Source of the DNA: Candidatus Latescibacterota bacterium | GTDB lineage: Bacteria; Latescibacterota; UBA2968; UBA8231 | Assembly: GCA_965221775.1 (NCBI GenBank) | Contig: CBDCSU010000004.1 | Span: 1,056,001 to 1,120,000 of the forward strand | Direction of reading: 5' to 3' | Length of the DNA stretch: 64,000 bases | Shown here: positions 50,701 through 61,588 of the stretch, in pieces | Layout of the letters: the number at the start of each line of letters is the position of its first letter | Numbering within the stretch: the stretch's first letter is position 1 | Translations under genes and position numbers: made by a program | Notes under the pieces: model-generated | Told to the model about the DNA's origin: nothing | The model's database searches: none | The model's input: only the letters and a program-made list of their open reading frames with translations

Positions 50701-51121
50701 GGGCACAGGGCTGGTCCTGCCCCTGGCCGCCGGCGTCCTCGTGTACTACGCCGTCCGCGTCCTCCGCCGCCCGCCGCTGGTGATCCTCGCCCTCCTCGCC
50801 CTGGGGGCGGCCATGGCCGGCGCCGACGCCCACCGGCCGGCCGAGTTCCTCTACGACCTCGGCTGGTTCGTCCTGACCGCCGCGGTGCTGGCCGCCGCGG
50901 TGTACTGGCTCTTCCGCGACAACGCCGCAGCCTACACCCTGGCCGCCTTCCTCTTCTCCGCCGTGGAGAGTGGCCTCGGTCTGCTGGATCAGTCGGCGTA
51001 CGCGGCCCATGGCCAGGTCCTTCTCGGCCTGTCTGCGGCCTTGCTGGCCGGTCTGTGGCTGCTCTCCTCCAGGGGCGGCCCCCACGACGAGGCCGCAGAC
51101 CCGCCGGCGCAACAGCCCTGA
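47741..51121 (+). CDS. Large CPBP/Abi-family intramembrane metalloprotease with duplicated extracytoplasmic domains
   Basis: AVSEEFTSR, WGFAH, WHYMID motifs; many TM segments. Confidence 0.85.
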   Translation: MERHLDRNDFRLLLGCAILTVIGLAVGARFFYDAFPEATIDFDLTRGEAREEAASFLRDRGFDLDGYRQAALFRYDDDAKTFLERELGLEGASAVIGDPVRLWRWSNRWFRERQKEEFRVEHTTTGELVGFRHQIEEEAAGDSLSQPEARAVAERFLARSMDLDPGRLEFVEATTIERPNRVDHAFTWKLAGFEVSGSSYRYHVGVQGGEVGSFTEFLKVPEAWKRDYQELRSRNNTTGLLAALLLVATWVVMLVRLVSSIRCQDVRWRFALVLGGIAFVLSFLAEINALPVAVYNFDTTGTFGSFLAGGVLQAAALALAIGLAIAFIVAGGEPEYRRWYGGHIRQSKQFLPEGLRTKRFLTGSVIGVAMTALFVAYQSVFYVVAERFGAWSPAQIPYQEMVNTYIPWVVVLLIGFLPAVSEEFTSRAFSIPFLQRLLRYRWAAVLISAAIWGFAHAGYPQQPFWIRGLEVGLAGVVVGYVFVRWGLLPVLVWHYMIDAFYTALILLRSSDPYFVLSAALSVGLLLLPLGAAVVLYLRRGSFADAGPLLNREDSPPLESAAPAQPAGPDPGAETAPESTAYRPLSRARLGIAAAAVLAGLAVFALEKPDLVPEVDYRLTSGQALVRGSGHLTALGVEVDSWRAVVTQSTLWHGAAVEYRDERAGPAAAAALYEDDLAPALWRLRLYRPGEKEEWEVRLRPEDGVVYDVRHQLAEEAPGDSLSEEEAKAVALDHLRSYGLDPSAFVLKEASAEDLPGRRDHWFVWEAKEGDRRNLDEARFRCRVHVAGGEAADLDRFIKLPEDWLRERREGSWWRTVLEWTPVGAAIAVSVHLLVLLVGHIRSGTLAWRRPLRLGLFAAVVLALGQLNELPAFYAFYTTEIPLTLYLITGVAGFLLGSVLLGLLVALAAGLCGSLYPGAADRLNRSGLRPQLRDAVPLSVLAVAGALALDRLGGVLAAAFPAGAPSPSPEIPSVDSWAPALGGLLGAVGTGLVLPLAAGVLVYYAVRVLRRPPLVILALLALGAAMAGADAHRPAEFLYDLGWFVLTAAVLAAAVYWLFRDNAAAYTLAAFLFSAVESGLGLLDQSAYAAHGQVLLGLSAALLAGLWLLSSRGGPHDEAADPPAQQP

Positions 51122-52566
51122 TGCACCTCCTCGTCACCGGCGCCTCCGGCCGCGTCGGCACCTGCGTCGTGGGCGGTCTGCGGGCCCGGGGCCACCGGGT
51201 GCGCGCCTTCGACCGGCGGCCTCCCGCAGACGGCGGCGGGGAGAGCCTGCAGGGGGAGCTGGGCGACTTCGACCACGTCCGCCGCGCCGTGGACGGCGTC
51301 GACGCCGTGATCCACCTCGGGGGCAACGCCGGCGAGAGGCCGTGGCCGGAGATCGCCAACAACAACTACATCGGCTGCTACCACGTCTTCGAGGCGGCCC
51401 GGGAGGCAGGGGTCCGGCGCGTCGTCTTCGCCAGCCGCGCCGGGCTGCTCTGGCTCTACCCGGACGAGGTGCAGCGCCGGGTGGACATGCTGCCCCGTCC
51501 GGTGGGCCTCTACGACAACAGCAAGCTCTTCGGCGAGATGCTCGCCTCCATGTACGCGTCCCGCTTCGGCATGGAGTGCGTCTGCGTGCGCATCGGCAAC
51601 TTCAGCCTCGACCGCGACCAGCCCGGGCACCCGCACCAGCTGAGCCACGGCGACTGCGTCCGCCTCTTCGAGCAGGCCGCCGCCCATCCGGTGGCGGGCT
51701 TCGAGATCGTCTTCGGCGTCTCCGCCAGCGACTGGCCCCTCTACGACGTCGACCACGGCCGGCGGGCGATCGGCTACGACCCGCGGGACGTCTCCCGGGT
51801 GCCGGAAGAGAAGCGCACCTTCCGCGGCGACGACGGACCCGCCGAGCCGCTGTCGGACGAGCCGCCCCGCCGGGTGCTGATCACCGGCGCCGCGGGGCAG
51901 GTGGGGCGGGCCGTGGCCCGCGGCCTGGGCCGGCGCTACCAGATCCGCGGCATGGACCGCGCCGAGATGCCGGAGCTGTCGGACACGGTGGTGGCCCCCC
52001 TCGGGGACTTCGAGGCCTGCCTGCGGGCCACCCGGGACGTGGACGCCGTCGTCCACCTGGGGGGCACGCCCAGCGGGGGGTCGCCCTGGGAGGAGGTGTG
52101 GGCCTCCAACTTCGTCGGCACCTGGCACATCATGGAGGCGGCGAGGCGCAACCGGGTGCCCCGCGTCGCCTACGCCAGCCGCGCCGGCATCCTGTCTCCC
52201 TACCCGAAGGGCCTGCGGCGCACCGTCGACCTCTTCCCGAGGCCGGAGACCTACTACACGATCAGCAAGATCTTCGGAGAGGGCCTGGGCCACACCTGGG
52301 CCTGGCGCCACGGCACCCGCTTCGTCGGCGTGCGCATCGGCAACTTCAGCCTCGAGCGGGACCAGCCCGCCCATCCGCACCAGCTGGGGCACGAGGACGC
52401 GGTGCGCGTCTTCGAGGCGGCGATCACCCACACGGGGTCGACGTACGAGATCGTCTTCGGGGTGTCGGACAGCGACTGGCCGCTCTACGACGTCGACCAC
52501 GGGCGGCGGGCGATCGGCTACGAGCCCGCCCAGCGCAGCGAGGTCCCGGAGGCCGAGCGGAACTAG
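51121..52566 (+). CDS. Tandem NAD-dependent epimerase/dehydratase (two fused uronate-dehydrogenase-like domains)
   Basis: TGASGRVG / TGAAGQVG; YDNSK / YTISK; repeated RIGNFSL..DQP.HPHQL and SDWPLYDVDHGRRAIGY. Confidence 0.88.
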   Translation: MHLLVTGASGRVGTCVVGGLRARGHRVRAFDRRPPADGGGESLQGELGDFDHVRRAVDGVDAVIHLGGNAGERPWPEIANNNYIGCYHVFEAAREAGVRRVVFASRAGLLWLYPDEVQRRVDMLPRPVGLYDNSKLFGEMLASMYASRFGMECVCVRIGNFSLDRDQPGHPHQLSHGDCVRLFEQAAAHPVAGFEIVFGVSASDWPLYDVDHGRRAIGYDPRDVSRVPEEKRTFRGDDGPAEPLSDEPPRRVLITGAAGQVGRAVARGLGRRYQIRGMDRAEMPELSDTVVAPLGDFEACLRATRDVDAVVHLGGTPSGGSPWEEVWASNFVGTWHIMEAARRNRVPRVAYASRAGILSPYPKGLRRTVDLFPRPETYYTISKIFGEGLGHTWAWRHGTRFVGVRIGNFSLERDQPAHPHQLGHEDAVRVFEAAITHTGSTYEIVFGVSDSDWPLYDVDHGRRAIGYEPAQRSEVPEAERN

Positions 52567-52579
52567 CCGGCGGCGGCCG

Positions 52580-54364
52580 TCAGTCCGCGTACTCCACCGG
52601 CACCACGCTCTCCTCGATCCGCTGGAGCAGCGCCGCCAGCTCTTCCTGAACGCGGGCGGCGGCCTCGGCCACGGGCACCTCTTCGCCCCGGCCGCTGGCG
52701 CCGCGCAGCTTGACCTCGAGGGTCCCCTTCTTCAACCCGCGGTCGCCGACGGTGACCCGCACCGGACAGCCGATGAGGTCGGCGTCGTTGAACTTGACGC
52801 CGGGGTTCTCGGGGCGGTCGTCGTAGAGGACCTCGACACCGGCCGAGGTCAGATCCCCGTAGAGGGCCTCGGCGGCGGCCTGGACCGGCCCCTCGCCCTT
52901 GGCCAGGGAGACGAGGTGCACCTGGTACGGGGCGACGGTCACCGGCAGGGAGAGACCGTTGTCGTCGTGGTGCTCCTCGGCGACGCAGGCCAGCAGCCGG
53001 CCCACGCCGATGCCGTAGGAGCCCATGATGACCGGCCGCTCCCGGCCCTGCTCGTCGAGGAAGGAGGCCCCCAGGGCGTCGCTGTAGCGGGTGCCGAGCT
53101 GGAAGATGTTGCCCACCTCGACGCCGCGGGCGATGCGCAGGGGGGCGCCGCAGACGGGGCAGGCGTGGCCGGCCTCGGCGAGGGCGATGTCGTCGACGAT
53201 GTCGGCCTCCCAGTCGCGGCCGTGGTTGACGTTGCGCACGTGGTACCCGGCCTCGTTGGCGCCGGAGACCAGGTTCGGCGACGAGACCACCGAGTCGTCG
53301 GCCACCACGAGGGTATCCCCCTCCAGCCCCATGGGGGAGGCATACCCCGGGACCGCCCCGGCGGCGGCGATCTCCTCGTCGTGGGCCGGTCTCAGCGCCA
53401 GGGCGCCGGCGGCGTTGGCGAGCTTGACCTCGTTGACCTCGAGGTCGCCGCGGATCACGGCGAGGACGAGGCGTTCCGAGGCTTCCCCGCCGGCCTCGGG
53501 GGCCTTGAAGCGGCCCACGAGAAAGACCGCCTTCGCCGTGCGGCTCGCGGGGACGTCGAGGAAGGCGGCCAGCTCGGCGATCGTCGCCGCCCCCGGGGTG
53601 GCCACCCTCTCCAGGGGCGCCGGCTCCTCGGCGGCCGCCTCCGCCTTGGCGAAGCGGGCGACCTCGGTGTTGGCCGCGTACCCGCAGGCGTCGCACAGGG
53701 CCAGGGTGTTCTCCCCCACCTCGTTGAGGTACATGAACTCGTGGGCCGCGGAGCCGCCCATCATGCCCACGTCGGAGCGCACCGCCCGCACCGGCAGCCC
53801 GCAGCGGCGGAAGATGTCGAAGTAGGCCTGGTAGTGGGCCCGGTACTGGGCCTCCAGCCCCTCCTGGGCGGCGTCGAGGGAGTACGAGTCCTTCATGGTG
53901 AACTCGCGCACCCGCAGCAGGCCGGAGGTAGGCCGCGCCTCGTCGCGCCACTTGGTCTGGAAGTGGTAGACCATGGCGGGCAGCTGCCGGTACGAGCGGA
54001 TCTCGCGGCTGGCCAGGTCGGCGACGATCTCCTCGTGGGTGGTGGCCAGCACCATGTCGCGGCCGTGGCGGTCGTGGAAGCGGGTGAGGGACTCGTCGTA
54101 CTCCTCGTAGCGGCCCGAGGCCTTCCAGACGTCGGCGGCGTGGACCACGGGCATCTTGATCTCCTGGCCACCGATGGCGTCCATCGCGCCGCGGATGATC
54201 CCCTCGATCTTGCCCAGGGCCCTGTGGGCCAGGGGCAGGTAGCTGAAGATGCCGCTGGCGAGCTGGCGGATGTACCCCGCCCGCAGCAGCAGGACGTGGC
54301 TGGCCACCTGGGCGTCGGCCGGGGCCTCGCGCAGGGTCTGGCTGAAGAGACGGGTCATGCGCAT
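52580..54364 (-). CDS. proS: Proline--tRNA ligase (bacterial type with INS editing domain)
   Basis: TLREAPADAQVASH, THEE, RDEARP..GLLRVREF.MKDSYS, EVGNIFQLG, MGSYGIG. Confidence 0.97.
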   Translation of the reverse strand: MRMTRLFSQTLREAPADAQVASHVLLLRAGYIRQLASGIFSYLPLAHRALGKIEGIIRGAMDAIGGQEIKMPVVHAADVWKASGRYEEYDESLTRFHDRHGRDMVLATTHEEIVADLASREIRSYRQLPAMVYHFQTKWRDEARPTSGLLRVREFTMKDSYSLDAAQEGLEAQYRAHYQAYFDIFRRCGLPVRAVRSDVGMMGGSAAHEFMYLNEVGENTLALCDACGYAANTEVARFAKAEAAAEEPAPLERVATPGAATIAELAAFLDVPASRTAKAVFLVGRFKAPEAGGEASERLVLAVIRGDLEVNEVKLANAAGALALRPAHDEEIAAAGAVPGYASPMGLEGDTLVVADDSVVSSPNLVSGANEAGYHVRNVNHGRDWEADIVDDIALAEAGHACPVCGAPLRIARGVEVGNIFQLGTRYSDALGASFLDEQGRERPVIMGSYGIGVGRLLACVAEEHHDDNGLSLPVTVAPYQVHLVSLAKGEGPVQAAAEALYGDLTSAGVEVLYDDRPENPGVKFNDADLIGCPVRVTVGDRGLKKGTLEVKLRGASGRGEEVPVAEAAARVQEELAALLQRIEESVVPVEYAD

Positions 54365-54380
54365 CGGTATCGGATCTCCT

Positions 54381-55073
54381 TCAGGTTCGGGCCGCCTCGT
54401 GCTTCACCAGCGAGCCCATGGCCCGGTACATCACCCACAGGGACAGGCACACCCAGGCGCCGGCGATGGGGTAGGCCAGCCACGGCAGGCCGAGGTAGGA
54501 GGCCAGGATGCCGGCGTCGGTGCGCTCGGCGAAGAGCCACAGGTCGGTGCGGAAGTCGTGGAGGCTGTATAGGCAGAGCATCACCCCCAGCCACACGGCG
54601 CCCGCCGCCCCGGCCCGGGCCGAGTACACGGCCGTGCACATGATCGCCAGACCGCCGCCGAGGCCGAGGCCGAAGTCGAGGCCGCCCGCGGGGGTGAAGG
54701 CCAGGGTCAAGCCGAGGGTCGCGGCGCCGACGAGGAGCAGGGCCAGCCGCTGCAGTTGCGGCAGCACCCCCGACCAGATCAGGCCGGCGCCGAGCAGGGC
54801 GGAGCCCACGTACCCGGCCGACACGATGAGAATCGGCCAGCCTCCCCGGGAGAGGGTGTAGCCGTGCTCGGCCCAGGCGGTGCGCATCTCCAGGACCTCC
54901 CCTCCCGTGACCAGGGCGGCGGCGGCGTGGCACATCTCGTGGACCATGACGACGAAGACGCGGAAGGGCTTGATCCAGACGGTATCCCACAGCAGCAGGG
55001 CGGCAGCGGCACAGGCGAGGTGAAAGCGGAAACGCCACAGGATCCGGGCCTGGCGGTGCAGCCCCTTCCACAC
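54381..55073 (-). CDS. M50B family membrane metallopeptidase
   Basis: VHEMCH (HExxH), SAGY, TDA motif; hydrophobic segments. Confidence 0.82.
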   Translation of the reverse strand: MWKGLHRQARILWRFRFHLACAAAALLLWDTVWIKPFRVFVVMVHEMCHAAAALVTGGEVLEMRTAWAEHGYTLSRGGWPILIVSAGYVGSALLGAGLIWSGVLPQLQRLALLLVGAATLGLTLAFTPAGGLDFGLGLGGGLAIMCTAVYSARAGAAGAVWLGVMLCLYSLHDFRTDLWLFAERTDAGILASYLGLPWLAYPIAGAWVCLSLWVMYRAMGSLVKHEAART

Positions 55074-55078
55074 GGAGG

Positions 55079-57001
55079 CTATTCCGGCGCCCGCGAGGCG
55101 ATGCGGCCGGCGATGAGGGCCACCGCCTCGTCCACCGCCATGGGATCGAGGTTCTCGCCGCTGCGCAGACGCACGGCCGCCTTCCCGTCCTCGACCTCGC
55201 GGTCGCCGAGGATCAGCATGTGCGGGACCTTCTGCTTCTGGGCGGCGCGGATGCGGTAGTTCAGGCTCTGGTCGGCCTGCAGCTCGACACGAACGCCGGC
55301 TACAGTCAGGGCCTGGCGGACCGTTTCCGCGTACTCCCCGTGGCGCTCGGCGATGGGCAGGACCACCGCCTGCACCGGCGCCAGCCACGTGGGGAAGGCG
55401 CCGGCGTAGTGCTCGATCAGGAAGCCGATGGTGCGCTCGTGGGTCCCCAGCGGCGCCCGGTGGATGCAGATCGGCGTCTCCTCCGTGCCCTCGGCACTGG
55501 TGTAGACGAGACCGTAGCGGTCCGGCACCGCGAAGTCGACCTGGTTGGTGGCGATCGAGAACTCGCGGCCGATGGCGCTCCACACCTCGACGTCGATCTT
55601 GGGGCCGTAGAAGGCCGCCTCCCCGGCGACCTCGACGTGGTTGATGCCGCCCTTGGCCAGGGCGCGCCGCACCCTCTCCTCGGTCTCGAGCCACAGCTCC
55701 GGCTCGTCGACGTACTTCTTTCCGAGGTCCGCCGGGTCGTGGGTGCTGAGGCGCATGACGTACTTGTCGATGCCGAAGAGGTCGAAGTAGCCGAGGTACA
55801 TGCGGCAGACGGCGAGGAACTCCTCCTCGAACTGATCCAGCGTGCAGTAGATGTGGGCGTCGTTCATCTGCATCGAGCGCACCCGCATCAGGCCGAAGAG
55901 CTCCCCCGACTGCTCGTAGCGGTAGCAGGTCCCGTACTCGGCCAGGCGCAGCGGCAGGTCGCGGTAGCTGCGCGGCTGCGAGGCGAACACCTTGTGGTGG
56001 TGGGGGCAGTTCATCGGCTTGAGGTAGTACTTCACCCCCTCCATCTCCATGGGCGGGAACATCGACTCGGTGTAGTAGGGCAGGTGGCCGCTGCGCACGA
56101 ACATCGAGTCCTTGCAGATGTGGGGGGTGCGCACCTGCAGGTACCCCGCATCGCGCTCGGTCTCCTTTGCCAGCCGTTCCAGCTCCTCGATGAGGACCGT
56201 CCCCTTCGGCTGCCACAGGGGCAGGCCGGGACCGACCTCGTCATCGAAGAAGAACAGCTCCAGCTCTCTCCCGAGGCGGCGGTGGTCCCGCTTCTTCGCC
56301 TCCTCGAGCATGCGCAGGTGGCCGTCGAGGGCCTCGCGGCCGGCGAAGGCGGTGCCGTAGATGCGCTGCAGCATCTTGTTGCCCTCGTCGCCGCGCCAGT
56401 AGGCGCCGGCCACGCTGAGCAGCTTGTAGTGGCGGACCTGCCCCGTGCTCAGCACGTGGGGTCCGCGGCAGAGGTCGACGAAGTCGCCGTCGCGGTAGAA
56501 GGTGAGGGACTCGCCGTCCTCCAGCTCGTCGAGGATCTCCAGCTTGTAGGGCTCGTCCCGCAGGCGCAGGAGAGCCTCGTCGCGGCTCACCTCCTCGCGC
56601 TCGAAGCGGTGGTTCTGGCGGACCACCCGCTTCATCTCCTTCTCGATGCGCGTCAGGTCCTCGGTGCTGAAGGGCTCGGGCACGTCGAAGTCGTAGTAGA
56701 ACCCGTCGTCGATCGCCGGTCCGATGGCCAGCCGCGCCTCGGGGAAGAGGCGCCGCACCGCCTGGGCCATCACGTGGGACAGGCTGTGGCGGTAGACCCA
56801 CGCCGCCTCGTCGGCCTCCCAGGGGACCAGCTCGACCTCGGCGGACGGCTCCAGGGGCGTGTGGAAGTCGACCCACTCGCCGTCGCGGCGGGCGGCGACG
56901 AACTCCCGCAGCAGCTTGCGGTCGTGCGCGAGGAGGATCTCCTTGAGGTTGCCGCCCCCCTCGTGCTCCAGCACCTCCTGTTCGCGGATCCGGATCTTCA
57001 C
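55079..57001 (-). CDS. thrS: Threonine--tRNA ligase
   Basis: HSLSH, GFYYDF, DLCRGPH, GAYWRG, RDHR, KPMNCP, AAFYGPK, IHRAP. Confidence 0.97.
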   Translation of the reverse strand: MKIRIREQEVLEHEGGGNLKEILLAHDRKLLREFVAARRDGEWVDFHTPLEPSAEVELVPWEADEAAWVYRHSLSHVMAQAVRRLFPEARLAIGPAIDDGFYYDFDVPEPFSTEDLTRIEKEMKRVVRQNHRFEREEVSRDEALLRLRDEPYKLEILDELEDGESLTFYRDGDFVDLCRGPHVLSTGQVRHYKLLSVAGAYWRGDEGNKMLQRIYGTAFAGREALDGHLRMLEEAKKRDHRRLGRELELFFFDDEVGPGLPLWQPKGTVLIEELERLAKETERDAGYLQVRTPHICKDSMFVRSGHLPYYTESMFPPMEMEGVKYYLKPMNCPHHHKVFASQPRSYRDLPLRLAEYGTCYRYEQSGELFGLMRVRSMQMNDAHIYCTLDQFEEEFLAVCRMYLGYFDLFGIDKYVMRLSTHDPADLGKKYVDEPELWLETEERVRRALAKGGINHVEVAGEAAFYGPKIDVEVWSAIGREFSIATNQVDFAVPDRYGLVYTSAEGTEETPICIHRAPLGTHERTIGFLIEHYAGAFPTWLAPVQAVVLPIAERHGEYAETVRQALTVAGVRVELQADQSLNYRIRAAQKQKVPHMLILGDREVEDGKAAVRLRSGENLDPMAVDEAVALIAGRIASRAPE

Positions 57002-57022
57002 ACCTGGCTCCTGTGGGTCATG

Positions 57023-57059
57023 AGAAAAGCCCGCTGTCGATCGGTCTCGACAGCGGGCT
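57023..57059 (-). terminator. Attenuator terminator upstream of thrS
   Basis: GCCCGCTGTCGA-gaccga-TCGACAGCGGGC perfect 12-bp stem followed by TTTTCT on the minus strand, ~22 nt before the thrS start. Confidence 0.88.
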
Positions 57060-57088
57060 CTCTCGGAAAATCTTCGGTCGGGAATCGC

Positions 57089-57208
57089 TTATCCCGGTGG
57101 GGCCGCCGTCGAATGTCGGTCACGGGTACCCGTGACGGGTGTGGTCGTCCCGGGGGTGGTGGTCTCGCGGCGCGATGCTTCGTCCGCCGTCGTCTTCTCC
57201 CGGGACAT
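57089..57208 (-). CDS. Thr-rich leader peptide of thrS (39 aa, 11 Thr)
   Basis: AAGGAG SD (57217-57222); MSREKTTADEASRRETTTPGTTTPVTGTRDRHSTAAPPG*. Confidence 0.8.
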   Translation of the reverse strand: MSREKTTADEASRRETTTPGTTTPVTGTRDRHSTAAPPG

Positions 57209-57245
57209 GCAGGTGGCTCCTTCGGTCATGGCTGCGATGCGATCT

Positions 57246-57274
57246 AGTATGCCGCCCCTGCCGGGGAATGTCAA
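57246..57274 (-). promoter_or_regulatory. Sigma70-type promoter of the thrS leader
   Basis: TTGACA (57274-57269), 17 bp spacer, CATACT (57251-57246). Confidence 0.8.
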
Positions 57275-57278
57275 ACAC

Positions 57279-57727
57279 TCACTCCACGACAAGGACCGGG
57301 TCGCCGAGCCGGATGAGGCCGCTGCGCTCCACCGGGCCGAAGACGCCGCCGCGCATCTGGAGTCTCAGCGCTTCCTGCAGACCGGCGCGCTGCAGGTCCA
57401 TCCCTTCGCAGGGCACCGTCTCGCCGCGCACGACCACCTCGGCGGCGCCGATGCGCAGCCGGCGGCCGACGAGGGAGCCCAGGTCGAGGCCGCGGACCAC
57501 GAGGTTGGCGCGCCTCGCCCGCGGCGGCAGGCCGGCGCCCATCAGGGCCATCGCCTGCTCCCAGGCCTCGATGGAGAGCAGGGTGACGGCGCGCGACGGG
57601 TTGCGGCGGTGATCCCCCGCCAGCCCGACGCCAGCGACGGCGACCGCCTCCCCGCACTCCCGGGCCGGCCCCCGGCGCTCGGGGTAGACGAGGATCTCCT
57701 CCACCCGGCCCTCCGGGGGCGGTCCGC

Positions 57728-57731
<4 letters not shown>
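57279..57731 (-). CDS. MOSC domain protein
   Basis: GLAGDH, RAVTLL, RRANLVVRG, IGAAEVVVRGETVPC, RGGVFG. Confidence 0.85.
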
Positions 57732-59362
<1,631 letters not shown>

Positions 59363-59406
59363 GCCTCTCCTTGGATTCGCTGATTCGGCGGGGCGACCGC
59401 TTCACC

Positions 59407-60964
59407 TCACCAGCCGACGATCCCGTCCTCGATCCGCGCCAGCGCTCCCAGGAGCTGCCGCGCCCGGGGCGGGGACAGGCCGGCCTCGCCGGCGGCCTTG
59501 CGCAACAGCTCGTCGGAGGTCGTCTCCCGCCGCTCCTCGAAGATCCTGCGGCTGCGCGAGCCGAGGTCCTCCACGAAGGCCCGCACGGCTCCGGCCTCCA
59601 GATCGAGGCTCTCGGCGGCCCGGGCGTACCAGGCCAGGGCCTCCTCGTCCCCCCGGCCTTCCAGGTTCCTCAACAGGTCCACCAGGAACCGCCGCGCCTC
59701 GATGCGGCCGCCGCCGGCGGCGTCGGCCATGTCGACGACGAGGATGTCGACGCGGACGCTGAGCTTGCCGACGACGATGCGCCGCAGGTGCCGGCGCAGG
59801 ACCGTGTAGTAGGAGTCGACCTGGGCCTCCGAGAGGCCGGGGCTGCGCTCCAGCCGGCGGATCCAGTCCGGCGCCCGGGAGGCGGCCCGGCGGGCCAGGA
59901 GCTGGCGGTTCAGGCGCGCCCGCAGCGACACCTGTCCGCCGTCCTGGCCGCCGGCGGGGGCGACGGTCCCGCCGGCGCTCGGGGGCGCGGCGCCCCGGCG
60001 CCGGAGGCTGCCGGGGGCCGGGGGCCGTGGCCGCCGCGGCGCCCTGAGAGGATGCGGCCGCAGACCGGGACCGGGTGGAGGGCGCCGCCGGGGGGGGTGT
60101 GGCCGCCGCCGTGCCGGCCGCCGCCGCATCCTCCGCTTCGATCCGCCGCGAGCGTTCGATCGCCTGCCGCACCCGCGGGTCGAGGCCTGCCTCGGCGGCG
60201 ACCGCCACCGGTCTCTTCATGACCTTGTCCTCGGGAGTCGGACGCGGGCGCAGGCCCTCCGGACGGCCGCGCAGCACCAGCGGCCCCTGCCACCAGATCC
60301 AGCGGTCCCGGCCGCTGCCGATCTTGGCGCCCACCGCCCGGCCCGGCTGGTCGGCGTCGACGAACAGGAAGAGGGCGTCGAACTCGTCCCCGGGCTGCGG
60401 CCAGGCCCCGAGCCAGGTCCAGGGGATGGCCATCTCGAAGGTGCGCGCCCGGCCGCGGACCCGGGAGGCGACCTCCACCGGCGGGCGTTCCACCGGCGCC
60501 CGGCGCTGGCGCCCGCCCCACCAGTACGGGAGGGAGCCGCCGTCGCCGCCGCCGGGAGGGGCGAACCACAGGTTGTAGCCGGCGTCGGCCCCGGGCTCGC
60601 GCACGAAGAGCTTCATGTGGTCGTAGTAGAACATGCGGTCCTTGCGCTCGCCGGCGGGCCCGTGCCACTCGCGCTCGGCGGGCGGGACCCGGCCGGCGTC
60701 GAGGGTGTCGTCGTGGACCGCCGCGGCCACGTAGAGGTGGCGGGCGTCCCACTGCACGAGAACCACCGCCTCGTGGTCGAGAGCGTCGGCGAATACGCCG
60801 CGCAGCCCGACCCCGTCGGCGGCGGGCTCGACCGGGATCCAGGCGGCCTCCCCCCACTCGCGCAGGTCGCCGTCGAGGGCGACGGGACGCGACGGCAGCG
60901 GCACATCGACGGCCGTTGCCGGGGCCGCCAGCAGCAGCGCGAGGAGGGCGGCGGAGCGGTTCAG
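59407..60964 (-). CDS. Exported protein with CBM9/DOMON-like sugar-binding domain; apparent frameshift near 60020; probable CTG start
   Basis: Signal NRSAALLALLLAAPATA; LDGDLREW, WDARHLYVAAAVHDD, FEMAIPW; the helical C-terminus continues in the frame of ORF 59407..60129. Confidence 0.65.
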
Positions 60965-61491
60965 CCCGAGGCCTCCCGTCTGCGGGAGACGGCCCAGACC
61001 GCGTCGGGGTCGGCCATCTCCACCCGGTGCACGCCCTCGGGGAACCGGGACTGCAGGTTCGCGTAGCTGTGCTGCATCTCTTCGTCCGGGTAGACCCACT
61101 CGTGCAGGTAGTGGACGGAGGAGATCCGCGCCTGCAGCAGCTCCTTGGTGCAGCCGAAGCAGGGGCGCATCGTCGAGTAGAGGACGGCGCCCTCGGTGGC
61201 GATGCCGAAGCGCGCCGCCGCGAGCAGGGCGTTCTGCTCGGCGTGGACGCAGATGCAGATGTCGTAGGCCCGGCCCGAGACGAAGCGCTGGCGGTCGGCG
61301 CAGCGGACGCACCCCCCCTCGGTGCAGTTGGTCATGTTGGCCGGGGTGCCGTTGTACCCGGTGGAGATGATGCGGTCCTCGAGCACCAGGACCGCCCCGA
61401 TGCGGTTGCCGAGGCAGTCGGCGCGGGCCCTCACGGCCATGGCGATGCCCATGTAGTAGGCGGCGCGCTCCGGCCGGGCGTGGTCGCTCAC
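60961..61491 (-). CDS. dCMP deaminase family protein
   Basis: IGAVLV, STGYNG, HAEQNAL, PCFGC. Confidence 0.9.
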   Translation of the reverse strand: MSDHARPERAAYYMGIAMAVRARADCLGNRIGAVLVLEDRIISTGYNGTPANMTNCTEGGCVRCADRQRFVSGRAYDICICVHAEQNALLAAARFGIATEGAVLYSTMRPCFGCTKELLQARISSVHYLHEWVYPDEEMQHSYANLQSRFPEGVHRVEMADPDAVWAVSRRREASG

Positions 61492-61588
61492 CGGCCCGTC
61501 TCCGTCGTCATTTGCCGCGGCTCCGGTCCGGTCGGATACTTAGCTCCATCCTCTTTCACCTTCTCCTTCCCGCTCGAAGGAGGTGCCG

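Noticed and set aside
57001-57274. T-box riboswitch upstream of thrS
   Set aside because: No T-box consensus (GGTGGNACCGCG) seen; the Thr-rich uORF explains the terminator better
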